From the IMG/VR virus record IMGVR_UViG_3300043174_000028, positions 5,902 through 69,901 of that record: DNA of 64,000 nucleotides. The stretch is one strand, 5' to 3'. A program made the position numbers and the translations under genes. Positions within the stretch are counted from its first letter, which is position 1, and every line of letters starts with the position of its first letter. A model generated the notes under the pieces. The model was given only the letters and a program-made list of their open reading frames with translations, had not been told where the DNA came from and ran no database searches. Below are positions 55,101 to 64,000 of the stretch, piece after piece. This DNA comes from a virus. Taxonomy: Duplodnaviria > Caudoviricetes.

Positions 55101-58100
55101 AGGAGCCAGCAAGCCCATGTTCACCTGCGTAGTGATCGGGCCTACATCTGTAGTCGGCAGGATGTCATGCGCTGCCACGACAGGCGGAAGGGTAACGGCT
55201 CCTGCATCTGCCCAACCTCCCACGCCATAGGCCGTATTGCCCGTGTTGAGTACGGCATGGCCTGCCGTTATTGCCAGCGTTTGGTTCGCTACACCAGGAA
55301 CATTGATAGTCCCGCCTGCAGTAGAAACAACCCACTTCCCGGTATTGCCCACCGTGGCTGGATTGTTCGTCATCCACAACAGCACGTCATTGGTCGTTGC
55401 CAACGTGCCATCGAAGTTGGTGCCGTTGATGGTGACAGCCTGAGCAGGCGCAGTAGGCGCTTGATCTCCGGTCTGTACGGCAGCTCTCGCCCGGTAGATG
55501 TGCTGATTGAAGTAAACCAGCGCACCTTGTTCCCAGTTGCCATCCGTCCAGGGCAGCAAACCGTAGAGCCTGTCACCACGCAGCTTGCTCAACAGGTCGG
55601 AAGCCACATGAACCCAGTTGGTTCCATTCGACTGGATCCAGTCCCCCACCTGCAACGTCTCGCCCGACAAATCGGTGCCGATGCCAGGCGTAGTCCCGTC
55701 AGCCAGAATGCCCAGGGACACAATCGTTTCAGTAGGCGTTGGCGTTACCGTGATGGCTCCATTGCCATTGTCGGCAATCGCAAAGCCAAAGGTACCGGCA
55801 GCAGCACTTGCCGACAGCTTGGCAATGATCTCCTGCACGCCATCCGTCGCATCAAGCTGAATGCGGGCAACATGCTGGGAACCAACACCGCCTACAGATA
55901 CTTCCGCCAGGATGTACAGGTCTCGTGCCGTACCCACTGTCGTACCGCTGGGAATGGCAACAATGCCTTCCACGGAGTCTCCAGCAGTACCGCTCGGAGC
56001 CTTGGTTTCGGTCCAGGTAACGGGATGAGCATTCGGGTCGGTCAGCGAATCCCGCACCTCATAGTTGGGCGGACCCACCCATGTCCAGTAAGCACCCCTG
56101 TTTGTGGGCGTAGGCACAGGCAGCAATCCAAGCTCTGCAGAGCCCGCCTGCGGCATGATGTTGACGGTACCTTGGAACAGCGAAGACGAAGCCACCCACT
56201 GCTTGATCTCGTCCTCGGTCAGCACGTACTGCCAGGCAGTGCCGTCCCACACCTTGAACTCGGTGTGATTGGCTTCCGTAGTGACCTGCAAATCTCCTAC
56301 CCGCAGCGGACCCACTTCATCCGCTGCCGCTACCGTAGGCTTGACGTAGATGCGCTGATCCAAGCGAATCCAATCACCGCTAGGCTTGGAAGTCACTGCG
56401 GGTACGTAACCCGGAGGCTGTGCCCCTGCACCGCTGGCTGTCACGGTAATGGCGGCAACATGCCCCATTGCCGTGTCATCGAGTTCTATGTTGCCGATTA
56501 TTGGCACGCTAACGACATAGTTGTGCGCGTGCGCCAGCAATGCCTGCGAGATCAAGGTCGTTGCAGCTTGCAGCGTGGATCCCGCTGGAACGGTCACGGA
56601 AATCAACGCCTGCCCAAATGCCGTGTTGTCCACAACAAATTGCAGCGTCACATCCGCAGCCAGCGGGGCATTCTGCAAGCTAAAGTTGATGGTCCAGGTG
56701 TTGAGCCCGCTGGTAATCGTGAACGAGTCCGCCATCAGATAACCAGGCGGTACACCACCCGGCGGAGGCTGTGCAGGGCTGCCACCAATCAGGGGACCGC
56801 TCTGCGCGTCCCACACATAGGCCCGACCCAACGGATTACCGGCATTGTCTTCACGGATGATGTAGGTGACATCCGGATCGGGAGCTGGCGGCAGATTGGC
56901 CGACCGATCCACGATAAGCAACGGATGCGCAGCAGTCTGCGGAAGAATCTGCTCAAAGTCAGCCAGCGTATTCTGCCGGGCATTGGCATTGCGTCTCAGC
57001 AAGCCAAAGTTGCCCAAGCCATCCAAATCATCCACATAGAGCAGCTGGTTCTGTTCCAGCTCGGTGTCAGGCAGCACGTTCAGCGCAGCAACATTTGCCA
57101 CACGCATCAACGTACCGCTGCCTACCAGCAACCAGTCAGCCAGCGTGCCTGACGCTGCATTCCGGTTACGGATATAGATCTTGGATTCGTCTCGCTGGTA
57201 GTAGAGTTCTCCCTCTACCGACGGACCCGTAGGCGAAGAAGCCAGCAGCAGTTCAGCCTCGTCGTTCACTACATGGGTGCCGCCTCCTGCACCACCCGCA
57301 GAGATCCAACGAGCACCTTCCCAAATCCAGAGTTCTCTCGTATCCCGCTGAAAGAGCAGTTGCCCTTCCAGCAGCCTGCGAATGTCCACTGCATTCTTAG
57401 CGGCTGCATCGGCAACCACCATGGGCAACCCGTTACGCAGCTTGTTCCAGGTTACGCCATCAGTGACCCAAAGGCTTCTCTCTGCCGTAGCCAACAGTAA
57501 CTCGCCCGCGGCATTGATGGGCGTAGCTGCCACAGCAGCTTCATCCGCCACGCTACGAATGGCATTGGCCAGCTCATTCACCGGCTGCCACCGAGGCGGC
57601 ATGAGATGCCCGTTCCAGACGTAGATGACGCTGTTCTCGGCAACGTAGTACGTGTCTCCGTGGCTGGCTCCTGCAACGGGTAGCTGCGCCACGGTATCAA
57701 TGATGTTGAACGGAGAAGCCGCATTGGTCTGCGGCAGTGCCGTCTTGAACCACAGGCCCCACACATGGCTGTCGGGACGCAGCGGTGTCGTGAAGGTAAT
57801 CAGGTTGTTGAAGGCAACGTAGGTCTTCCCTGGTTCCTGCCGCACCCCATCAATGAAAATCTCCAGCTCGTGATCCGCTGCAACGAGAGCTTCCGGATAG
57901 TCATTGGCGGCATCATTGCGATGCAAGAAGAACTGCGTCCTCACACCATCGATCAACCCAGGCTGACGGGGAGCAACCGTCCCCTGCGTTACCTTGGTGT
58001 AGTTGATGTTGAAGTCCGCCAGCGGATAGACGTTCATGCCTCCAGGAGCCAGATACTCCGGAGGTACGCTCAGGCTGATCTGCAAATAGTTATTGGCGTC

Positions 58101-59348
58101 AGGAACGCGCAGCAGCTCGATGTAGGACTTGTGCCGGTTGATGATGTAGTCGTAGTTCTGGTGCCCGTCATCAGGAACCAGCAGCACGCCATTGAGGTAA
58201 ACCTCCACACCCTCATACGGCGGCGAAGCAGACAGACCGTGCGCATTGCCGAACAAGTCTTTCTGGCTCAAGAAAAACCGGGAAACTCCTCCCGGTGTCT
58301 TGTAAACCAGGTTGGCCAGACCTGCTTTCACATACGTCAGCTTGGCCGCAGGATCCTGGGCTCCTAACGTCTTGGCATCCAGAAACAGGCCCCAGCTCAC
58401 CGAGTCATTGCGGTGCGCCTGCTTGAAGCTGATACCTGCGGAAGTGACCCAATAATCCTTCTCAGGGATCTGCCTTACGCCATCGACATAAATCTCCAGC
58501 TGCAGGGCACTGCCAGGATGGATCTGTTCCTGCAGTCCGCTCTGCTCAATCAGAACAGGAAAGTCCTTTTGCAGTCCGTCAAAGGGAAAGCTCACCAGCT
58601 TGACGGCACTGATACCGCCAAAGGGCATGTGCTCCCGAGGAATCAGTACGTCGATCTGTACGATGTCCCCTGCGTCCAGGGGATCCAAGAAAGTTACCGT
58701 GGACGTGGTGACGTTCACGGTGAAGTCCAAATCTTCGGCTTTTCTTAACCCATTGACGTGGACATGTATCAATTCCGGGTAATCTTGATGCAGAAGGTAA
58801 AAGCTGTTCCTCTCGTCAGGAAGGCTGATGTTGATTGAACGGGTCTTGGGGCCAACGATGTACAGCAGCGTGGCAATGACCGCTGGCGTCAGGGCCTTCT
58901 CCTTGAAGGTTGCCAGCTCATTGGCCGTCCAAACGTAGATGTCGATTTCGGAGTTGCGAGGCGGGATACGGTCGAACTGCACCTCGTTGGGCAGCTCGGT
59001 GAAGTCCTCTATCACCCGCTGCCTGATGCCGTTCAGGTACACCTCGACCTGATTCTTGCCCGGCTGGATGACGTACTCGCCCAGATAAAACCTGTACTTC
59101 TTGCCGTCACCCGTAGCAGATATTCGCTGGAATCCAACGGAACCCAGCATTCCCTCCAGGACAATTTTCTCCCAGGTACCGCCCAGCCCACTGATGACCC
59201 AACGGTAAAAAGCTGCATGGCCATCCCCAATGCGGGCATGACCCATGGTTTGGACTACCTGGTTCTCGTAGCCCTCCAATAGCTGCAGATCGAGATAGGT
59301 ATCAGCGACCGTATCGACTACGGAGTTTCTTGCCCGGATCAGTGCCAT
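52110..59348 (-). CDS. Large modular tail fibre protein (2412 aa)
   Basis: Repeated VYLNG(V/I).Q..DF beta modules, carbohydrate-binding-like modules (WEQGALVYF, YQINAIVYW), Ala/Gly/Pro-rich linkers. Confidence 0.8.
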   Translation of the reverse strand: MALIRARNSVVDTVADTYLDLQLLEGYENQVVQTMGHARIGDGHAAFYRWVISGLGGTWEKIVLEGMLGSVGFQRISATGDGKKYRFYLGEYVIQPGKNQVEVYLNGIRQRVIEDFTELPNEVQFDRIPPRNSEIDIYVWTANELATFKEKALTPAVIATLLYIVGPKTRSINISLPDERNSFYLLHQDYPELIHVHVNGLRKAEDLDFTVNVTTSTVTFLDPLDAGDIVQIDVLIPREHMPFGGISAVKLVSFPFDGLQKDFPVLIEQSGLQEQIHPGSALQLEIYVDGVRQIPEKDYWVTSAGISFKQAHRNDSVSWGLFLDAKTLGAQDPAAKLTYVKAGLANLVYKTPGGVSRFFLSQKDLFGNAHGLSASPPYEGVEVYLNGVLLVPDDGHQNYDYIINRHKSYIELLRVPDANNYLQISLSVPPEYLAPGGMNVYPLADFNINYTKVTQGTVAPRQPGLIDGVRTQFFLHRNDAANDYPEALVAADHELEIFIDGVRQEPGKTYVAFNNLITFTTPLRPDSHVWGLWFKTALPQTNAASPFNIIDTVAQLPVAGASHGDTYYVAENSVIYVWNGHLMPPRWQPVNELANAIRSVADEAAVAATPINAAGELLLATAERSLWVTDGVTWNKLRNGLPMVVADAAAKNAVDIRRLLEGQLLFQRDTRELWIWEGARWISAGGAGGGTHVVNDEAELLLASSPTGPSVEGELYYQRDESKIYIRNRNAASGTLADWLLVGSGTLMRVANVAALNVLPDTELEQNQLLYVDDLDGLGNFGLLRRNANARQNTLADFEQILPQTAAHPLLIVDRSANLPPAPDPDVTYIIREDNAGNPLGRAYVWDAQSGPLIGGSPAQPPPGGVPPGYLMADSFTITSGLNTWTINFSLQNAPLAADVTLQFVVDNTAFGQALISVTVPAGSTLQAATTLISQALLAHAHNYVVSVPIIGNIELDDTAMGHVAAITVTASGAGAQPPGYVPAVTSKPSGDWIRLDQRIYVKPTVAAADEVGPLRVGDLQVTTEANHTEFKVWDGTAWQYVLTEDEIKQWVASSSLFQGTVNIMPQAGSAELGLLPVPTPTNRGAYWTWVGPPNYEVRDSLTDPNAHPVTWTETKAPSGTAGDSVEGIVAIPSGTTVGTARDLYILAEVSVGGVGSQHVARIQLDATDGVQEIIAKLSASAAAGTFGFAIADNGNGAITVTPTPTETIVSLGILADGTTPGIGTDLSGETLQVGDWIQSNGTNWVHVASDLLSKLRGDRLYGLLPWTDGNWEQGALVYFNQHIYRARAAVQTGDQAPTAPAQAVTINGTNFDGTLATTNDVLLWMTNNPATVGNTGKWVVSTAGGTINVPGVANQTLAITAGHAVLNTGNTAYGVGGWADAGAVTLPPVVAAHDILPTTDVGPITTQVNMGLLAPPSAATAGTWAQITSAVNAPIAAGGGVIPSGSTIMVLEDPSQGTGGYSIVKSTGGVTIVQDPVSLGNPNYPGMVTTISSGLNAGQLLAQATIPQAVGSWWAITASQLTVGSMDTEYPTWRNAPSLGNFASLLPMAAFDALVLSSATGPVWIKVPNGARLGAPEFVGQGGTNHQINGVNAPTPPAAVHVPDRQPRPTTPPTYTFTPSAGTNKWTELVLESGIIHVDDDTQLPRTPPLESTLVFVARSQRMNGNPALYRWDVTSNGYIDIVARAEHPIVVYPDVAAMQAAAPLLANALGYAVAENQWGRWTGPASAGQAGSWSVDEYWSVVRGNMAWSARQYQINAIVYWGATNSFYRATQMVPANIPDPADPVSAAYWQQIGGGSSGAVTRTFFGAGDFDPAHTDQAHNWGMPAGTFPQGIQPQNGDAYFDRLSGAIARFSVTTNPVANSITGHWVKASHTKLGDLSIGQVAGKVNLLTFNQNGATNTIGDYYQVQVPPAFTLQSVSSGSNYEEWPDAISIGNGLVSPVLGQTIKVTFPGGVAIPIGQLPGTKFEGRYWAENTLFVYTGLSWFSGRDGNNREVLDGWLIIPNGNPGSQFPVAPVARPTAGHFTGMAFASGNHVAMWTGDAAADHGGWVTFADTAQTDWTLGTATPRPQADTVTGVVEWGNVRNFRVVIPNTVNVDDKISLVRGFVEAAGVYRIEIAEEGTDGNTYEFDVASAASSNFHVSPTIAYVKNQNIKTVVMLAPGPVGLLTFVVKNTALRGRAFAVRVTAAPDKLAPLTLHTVTNNSASVEAISSFRGDEDYPGADLTQQLKAMSGDAQATLPPGINIGQSASGQEFPIQKGVVTRLEGYWKLPAYVPGSETAFVVPRYGNKTLYAEGDIRNLTGMAMTAAGGYNKIGGGSANGHWLFEEGGPGFWRATFTNSASGKWFSTKVLIDMRDPALCFIKVESTYEYSNSTPATMWYQVEIDPAKPPTTIYFSGYTHNMAEWRVYKG

Positions 59349-59363
59349 AACCGTTCAGCCCAA

Positions 59364-60125
59364 TCAGTAAAACCGAATGATGTCTATCGTGGTGCCATCA
59401 GGCAGCGGAGCCAGAATGCTAATCGTGGTTGGATTCACTTCCAGATACTCGAATCCCTGCTTCAGATACCTGCCATCCCGGTAGATCATCAGTTCGTTCT
59501 TGCCCGGACCATAGAAGAAGTTGGCTGGCGTAAGGTTCAGCGTGGTGATGTTCTGCACCACGGTCATGTGCTGCGGAGCCACCAAACGAAGCTCCTGCCG
59601 GTTCACGCTCGGACCCACGCCATTCGAGTGCGTGTTGGTCAGCTTGTCCGTCACCACCACGGACACCACATCGTCCACGTGCAACCGCTCGGACAGATGC
59701 ACCTTCAAGCCGTTCAGCGTGTAGGAGCGACCCAATGCCTGATAGACACCGTTCACGAACAGGGCAATGCCGTAGTAGCTCTGCAGCTCGAACGGCGGCA
59801 GATCCAATTCAATCAAGCAACCATCCGGCAGGTTGGTTGCAGAGTTGAACTGCTTCAGCTCGCCATAGGTGAAGTTGTAGCTGCTCGACACGCCCTTCAG
59901 CGCAAGAATGGCGTCAATGTTCTCGTAGATGGCTTCAATGGCGGGAATGTGCGCCGCCAGCTTCTCCACGCTAACGAACACTTCTGCGTGGTTCTTGAAC
60001 AGGTCCAGCACATAGTCCAGCGTGTGGATGTTGTCGGCTACCAGCTTCACGTTGTCGTAAGCCGAACCAATGTACTTCTCCACCAAGCCAGTGACCGACT
60101 GGTTTGAATTGAGCATGTTTCTCAT
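59364..60125 (-). CDS. Tail protein (N4 gp66-like N-terminus)
   Basis: LVEKYIGSAYDNVKLVADN; two LFVNGVYQ/IYRDG modules. Confidence 0.75.
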   Translation of the reverse strand: MRNMLNSNQSVTGLVEKYIGSAYDNVKLVADNIHTLDYVLDLFKNHAEVFVSVEKLAAHIPAIEAIYENIDAILALKGVSSSYNFTYGELKQFNSATNLPDGCLIELDLPPFELQSYYGIALFVNGVYQALGRSYTLNGLKVHLSERLHVDDVVSVVVTDKLTNTHSNGVGPSVNRQELRLVAPQHMTVVQNITTLNLTPANFFYGPGKNELMIYRDGRYLKQGFEYLEVNPTTISILAPLPDGTTIDIIRFY

Positions 60126-60128
60126 CTG

Positions 60129-60833
60129 TCAGACCCAACCTTGGTTATCCAGCCGCATGTTGCCGTAGCAGGTACTAATCTGCAGCCCTGCCTTGAGTGC
60201 GTTCTGTACGGAATTCTCGAACTTCTGCAGGTAAACCGAACTCTCTGCGTCCGGTACGCTGGTCAGCGAACCAAAGGCCCTATATCCCACGTACAGCAGC
60301 AGAGGCTCCAGCAACCCTTCCGGGAGCATCACCTGCACGTCCTTTGGATCCTCATCGGGCCTGAGTTCAATCTTCGGGTGGGATGCCCGGTAGTGCACCA
60401 GCAGGATGTTGTGGTGCTCGGGGAAGGGAACTTGAAGCTGGTTGTAGCTAGGGGTGAACAGCGACCAGGGTTCCGTCAGATCGTTCAGGTACATCAGCTC
60501 CCCATTCTCGTTGAACACCTGCTCGATCTTGAGCAGATCGTTCTGGAAGGGCTGGTATACCGAATCGATGATGTACTTCTCTTTGGCGGGGGACAGGGTG
60601 TTGGTTGCTGCGTAGTGCTTGTCCAGCGTGTAGACCTGTATGTGATCGTGCAACTGAACCAGCACTTCCTTCGACGAGAGCCAAAACCGCTTGTACAGCT
60701 CCTTCAATCCCAGGTTTATGTGCGCCAACACCTTGGGCAAATCTTCACGACGAATGCCGTCGTCCCAGCCACCCATTGCGAGTTGGCTGAGTTCACCGTA
60801 GGTCAGTTGTTCCAGGATTTCTGCTAGCGTCAT
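60129..60833 (-). CDS. Head-tail adaptor (N4 gp67-like)
   Basis: LTYGELSQL, INLGLKELYKRF, NMRLDNQGWV. Confidence 0.85.
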   Translation of the reverse strand: MTLAEILEQLTYGELSQLAMGGWDDGIRREDLPKVLAHINLGLKELYKRFWLSSKEVLVQLHDHIQVYTLDKHYAATNTLSPAKEKYIIDSVYQPFQNDLLKIEQVFNENGELMYLNDLTEPWSLFTPSYNQLQVPFPEHHNILLVHYRASHPKIELRPDEDPKDVQVMLPEGLLEPLLLYVGYRAFGSLTSVPDAESSVYLQKFENSVQNALKAGLQISTCYGNMRLDNQGWV

Positions 60834-60917
60834 AGCTAAACCTTTAAGGTTTGACCAATGACGCGAGAGCTTGTGTCAGGGGGGCAGTGAAGTTCGCGCT
60901 TCGGCAGGGATTATGGT

Positions 60918-63554
60918 CTAAGCCAAGTATCTGTCAAGCAAATCTTCCCGGGGCGGTTCCATCTCCTCCCAGTACCGGGAGTGCTGCTCCTTCCCCGGAT
61001 GCGGGCTGACCTGGCTGGGCTTCCAGGCTTTTAGGCTGGCCAGCATGGAAATGGTGTCCAGGAAATCGTCATGCTTGGCCCTGAACCCATTGGCCGAAGC
61101 CAGGGAAATCTCATTCATGGCTTCCCGGATCTCCACGCTGTCCTTCCGTTCCTCCGGGAACCAGATCTTGTTCATCTTGAACAGCGGAACCATGACGTTG
61201 AACCGCTGCATCTTGTTGGTATTCGGCCGAATGCCCGGACGGTTATTGTTCCCCTCGGAAGCCAAGGTGAAATAAATGTTCCGGGTAATCATTTCCCCCT
61301 GGATCCAGGAAATGAACCCCTGCTGCTGGCCGGTAATCTCGATCCCCACCTGCTGCGGCCTATACTCCTGAACCAGCTTGAACAGGTCATCAATGTTCTG
61401 GTTCATCAGCTGCCGCCGACAGATCCCATCCACCCACAGCCAATCCCCGGCATTGTTGTAGGCCCACACGGAAATCACCGAGAAGTCCCCTGAACTCCTC
61501 TCCGTCGTGGCAAAGTCCGTCGTGATATAAAAATTGAAGGCCCCCTTGTTGTCCAGCACCAGCCCCCGCTTGTACCAGGTGATGTCCGCATCATCGATCA
61601 GCCGGTCCTCGTCCGACATGATCTGTAGCATCATCTCCTGGTTGAACGTATCCAACCTCCCCGAAAGCAACGCCTTCTCGTAACGGTTCTCCACGTACTC
61701 ATACGGGAACCGATCAGGCCAGGCGCTCCTGAAATCCTCCCGCGTGCACGGAAACTTCTCACAGATCGGATACACGTTCACCGCCCAAGCCCCGCTCTCC
61801 ACCGCCTTGTACAGCGGATCCTTGGCATTAAACGGCGTACCGCTCCAGATAATCTTGTTCCTGCTTGGGTGCAGCGCATATTCAATGCTGCTGTACACCG
61901 TATCTTCAATGTTCCCCAGAATGGTTGGACTCTTCGCATCCTCATCCGAAATCAGGTCATCCAGCACAGCCAGCTGTGGACGGGTGTTCAATTCACTGGT
62001 GTTGTGGGTTGGAATGTAGCCCGTAGTCACGAACTCGTGCGCAGGATCATCCAGCATGATGCACTGGCTGGGTTCTTCCGGAATCTCGGTTATGTCCACC
62101 AACGCAATGAAACCAAACCAACGAAAGGAATGCTTCCACTTAACCGCTTTCCTTGGCAACGAGAACGGGTTGAAGCTTCCCGTGAAGGTCAGCCGGTACT
62201 GCAGGAACCTGTTGCCCTTCTTCTGAATCTCGCTACAGGAAACCCGCATACCCAATGATCTGCCGAGTTCCTGAACATCTCTCGCCAAGGCCGGGCTGAT
62301 GGTGGAGTAGCTCACCGTACCGCAGTCCGTCACCGTACCGTCGGTGTCCAGCAAACCCGCCAGCAACCTCTTCCGCTGCTCAACGGAACCAAACAGATAC
62401 TCGGGAGGAATGCTTTTGGTTCTGCCGGTATGGCCGTACATGCCAAGCCTGGTCAACTCCCGCTTGATCCCCTTGAACCTGACTCTCAGCAGCTCCTCAC
62501 GCTTCGGCCTCTTGTCCTTCACCACCGACAAACTAAGCGCATACTGTGCCTGCAGCATTTCCACGTAATGCAATATGTCTCCCGGCAAGCCCCCTACCGG
62601 CGCACACTTGTTCGTCAGGCTGCCATCCCCCAGGAGTATTCCCACCAAATAAGGATCCAATAACAGATCCTTCCGGGAATATCTCACAGGTTCCACCGCA
62701 CGCATGTAGTAACGATACTTGTAGTGCTTCTGCTTCAGCCCCTCGTTCCTGGCAAATCTCAGCAACTCTTCCGTCACTACATCCTGCTTGACCAAAGTTT
62801 CCTGGGTCATTCCTTTCTTGAACCAAAGGCTGTTGAGATGCCCTGCACTGACCTTCAACCTTCTACCGTCTTCAAACTTCAGCTCGTACATCTTGTCGTG
62901 CAGCACGGCTGACTTACCCAATATTCGTGCCGGATACCCGGCAGGCGTGTACACCCACTCCCCCGCCTGCACGTCCCGCATGGTCACTCGACCCTTGTCC
63001 GTATACAGCACCTCATCCAGAGCCAGCGGCCCTCGCACACCAGTCTGCGCACCATGCCCGGTCACAACAAACTCCCTGTTTGCCCTGTTCTTGAAGTACC
63101 ACCGAATATCGGTGAACTTGGTTTCCGGGATGTAATGCCGCAGGAACGAACTGTTCTGCCACCTTCTCTCCAACCGCAACCGCATCTTCTTCACACCGTT
63201 CTCTATGCTGTCGCTCACATAGAGGGCGTAGTTCACGTTCTTCATGTTCGGCAGCTCACCGTACACTGCCAGATACAAGAACAAATATTCCCCCAGCAAA
63301 CTGGTCTTCCCCAGTCCCCGTGCGCACATGTTGCACACGTGCTTCTTCGCATGGATTAGCTCATCCAGCATCCTGTAGTGAACCACGGGAGTTTCATGTT
63401 CCTCCCCATTCGCCCCGTTCACTAACTTCACAAAGTTCACAAACTCCAATGCGAACTCGCTCGGCACATAGTTGCTAGCCGTGTTGTAATCCACGGCCAG
63501 CAAATACTCCTCCACCTTCTTGTTAACGGCTGCTTCTTTCATCGATTGAACCAA
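60918..63554 (-). CDS. terL: Terminase large subunit (N4 gp68-like) with a 343-aa intein
   Basis: ARGLGKTS Walker A, TGVRG, RPQLAVLDDL, TTDFAT, HDDFLDTISML; start may be at 63542. Confidence 0.93.
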   Translation of the reverse strand: MVQSMKEAAVNKKVEEYLLAVDYNTASNYVPSEFALEFVNFVKLVNGANGEEHETPVVHYRMLDELIHAKKHVCNMCARGLGKTSLLGEYLFLYLAVYGELPNMKNVNYALYVSDSIENGVKKMRLRLERRWQNSSFLRHYIPETKFTDIRWYFKNRANREFVVTGHGAQTGVRGPLALDEVLYTDKGRVTMRDVQAGEWVYTPAGYPARILGKSAVLHDKMYELKFEDGRRLKVSAGHLNSLWFKKGMTQETLVKQDVVTEELLRFARNEGLKQKHYKYRYYMRAVEPVRYSRKDLLLDPYLVGILLGDGSLTNKCAPVGGLPGDILHYVEMLQAQYALSLSVVKDKRPKREELLRVRFKGIKRELTRLGMYGHTGRTKSIPPEYLFGSVEQRKRLLAGLLDTDGTVTDCGTVSYSTISPALARDVQELGRSLGMRVSCSEIQKKGNRFLQYRLTFTGSFNPFSLPRKAVKWKHSFRWFGFIALVDITEIPEEPSQCIMLDDPAHEFVTTGYIPTHNTSELNTRPQLAVLDDLISDEDAKSPTILGNIEDTVYSSIEYALHPSRNKIIWSGTPFNAKDPLYKAVESGAWAVNVYPICEKFPCTREDFRSAWPDRFPYEYVENRYEKALLSGRLDTFNQEMMLQIMSDEDRLIDDADITWYKRGLVLDNKGAFNFYITTDFATTERSSGDFSVISVWAYNNAGDWLWVDGICRRQLMNQNIDDLFKLVQEYRPQQVGIEITGQQQGFISWIQGEMITRNIYFTLASEGNNNRPGIRPNTNKMQRFNVMVPLFKMNKIWFPEERKDSVEIREAMNEISLASANGFRAKHDDFLDTISMLASLKAWKPSQVSPHPGKEQHSRYWEEMEPPREDLLDRYLA
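62001..63029 (-). mobile_element. Intein with LAGLIDADG endonuclease, Pro-initiated (class-3-like)
   Basis: PLALDE... to ...YIPTHN/T; YLVGILLGDG and LLAGLLDTDG; Cys in block F (SQCIML). Confidence 0.9.
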
Positions 63555-63560
63555 AAAGGA

Positions 63561-64000
63561 TCAAACCCTCTCCGCAATGCCACTAATAATCTTCTGCGTG
63601 GCGATCTCGTGGGTCTTCATGGTTCCTGTCTCCAGCATCTCCTTCTGCCTCTTCACCAGTTCCATGGTTGTACGCCGCAGCTCAATGATCGATTCATCCT
63701 GCTTGATGTTCAAATCCAGGCTCACCTTCTGCGTCTCAGGCAGCTTCAGGTGATTCAGAATACTATTAGCCGCATCCGACCTCACCTTCTCGCTCTTGGC
63801 ATTCAGCATCAAGTCCGCCTGAACATTCAGTGCTTGCTGATACAAGTCCTGGTTCAGCACATAACTGGGAATAAGCGTCTGCTCAAAGATTCCCGTTACC
63901 AGCTTATTCCTGGTATACGCGCTGACAAACCCTCTCACCGAATCTTCCGAGAACCCTTCGCTCTTTAACCGCTGATACCTCTCCGGAAAGGTCTTCACAT
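63561..64000 (-). CDS. N4 gp69-like protein (putative terminase small subunit), 5' truncated
   Basis: FVSAYTRNKLV, YQQALNVQADLM, SEKVRSDAANSILNHLK.PE. Confidence 0.8.
   Translation of the reverse strand, partial: VKTFPERYQRLKSEGFSEDSVRGFVSAYTRNKLVTGIFEQTLIPSYVLNQDLYQQALNVQADLMLNAKSEKVRSDAANSILNHLKLPETQKVSLDLNIKQDESIIELRRTTMELVKRQKEMLETGTMKTHEIATQKIISGIAERV

Noticed and set aside
55167-57152. 661-aa + strand ORF and other long antisense ORFs (for example 9475..10362, 7687..8568, 23245..24321)
   Set aside because: They are shadow frames of well-supported genes on the opposite strand, with no RBS or recognisable motifs.
46516-59348. Diversity-generating retroelement or invertible shufflon acting on the tail fibres
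   Set aside because: No reverse transcriptase or invertase is present, and I found no template/variable repeat pair or crossover repeats by eye.
1-64000. Absence of N4 RNAPII subunits and tRNA genes
   Set aside because: The window starts and ends inside genes; N4-like genomes are usually larger than this and these genes normally lie upstream of the helicase, so absence here is not informative.

Overview
The window is about 64 kb of an N4-like (Schitoviridae-type) lytic phage genome with N4 gene order. The + strand carries a replication block (Dda/RecD-like helicase, family A DNA polymerase, PD-(D/E)XK nuclease, primase, AAA ATPase, SSB) followed by about 7 kb of small accessory genes (RuvC-like resolvase, RadC/JAB, RHH protein). 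The - strand carries the late block: TerS, TerL, head-tail and tail proteins, lysis genes, several tail fibres, portal, major capsid protein, ejection proteins and the virion RNA polymerase. Four essential genes are discontinuous. (1) The DNA polymerase lies in four coding blocks, with a 97-aa ORF nested in the first break and a 5-nt gap (ACT-TAGCT-TTT) in the middle of motif B, directly behind a perfect 12-bp hairpin; this is a candidate programmed ribosomal bypass. (2) The vRNAP is split into a 2250-aa N-terminal protein with two SLOG domains and a 2866-aa polymerase; each half has exactly one cysteine, and both sit at the break, suggesting a head-to-tail disulfide link. (3) The major capsid gene carries two group I introns, one encoding an HNH endonuclease. 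(4) TerL carries a Pro-initiated, class-3-like LAGLIDADG intein. The N4 RNAPII genes are not in this window. All family assignments come from motif recognition by eye and from recalled N4 sequences, not from database searches.
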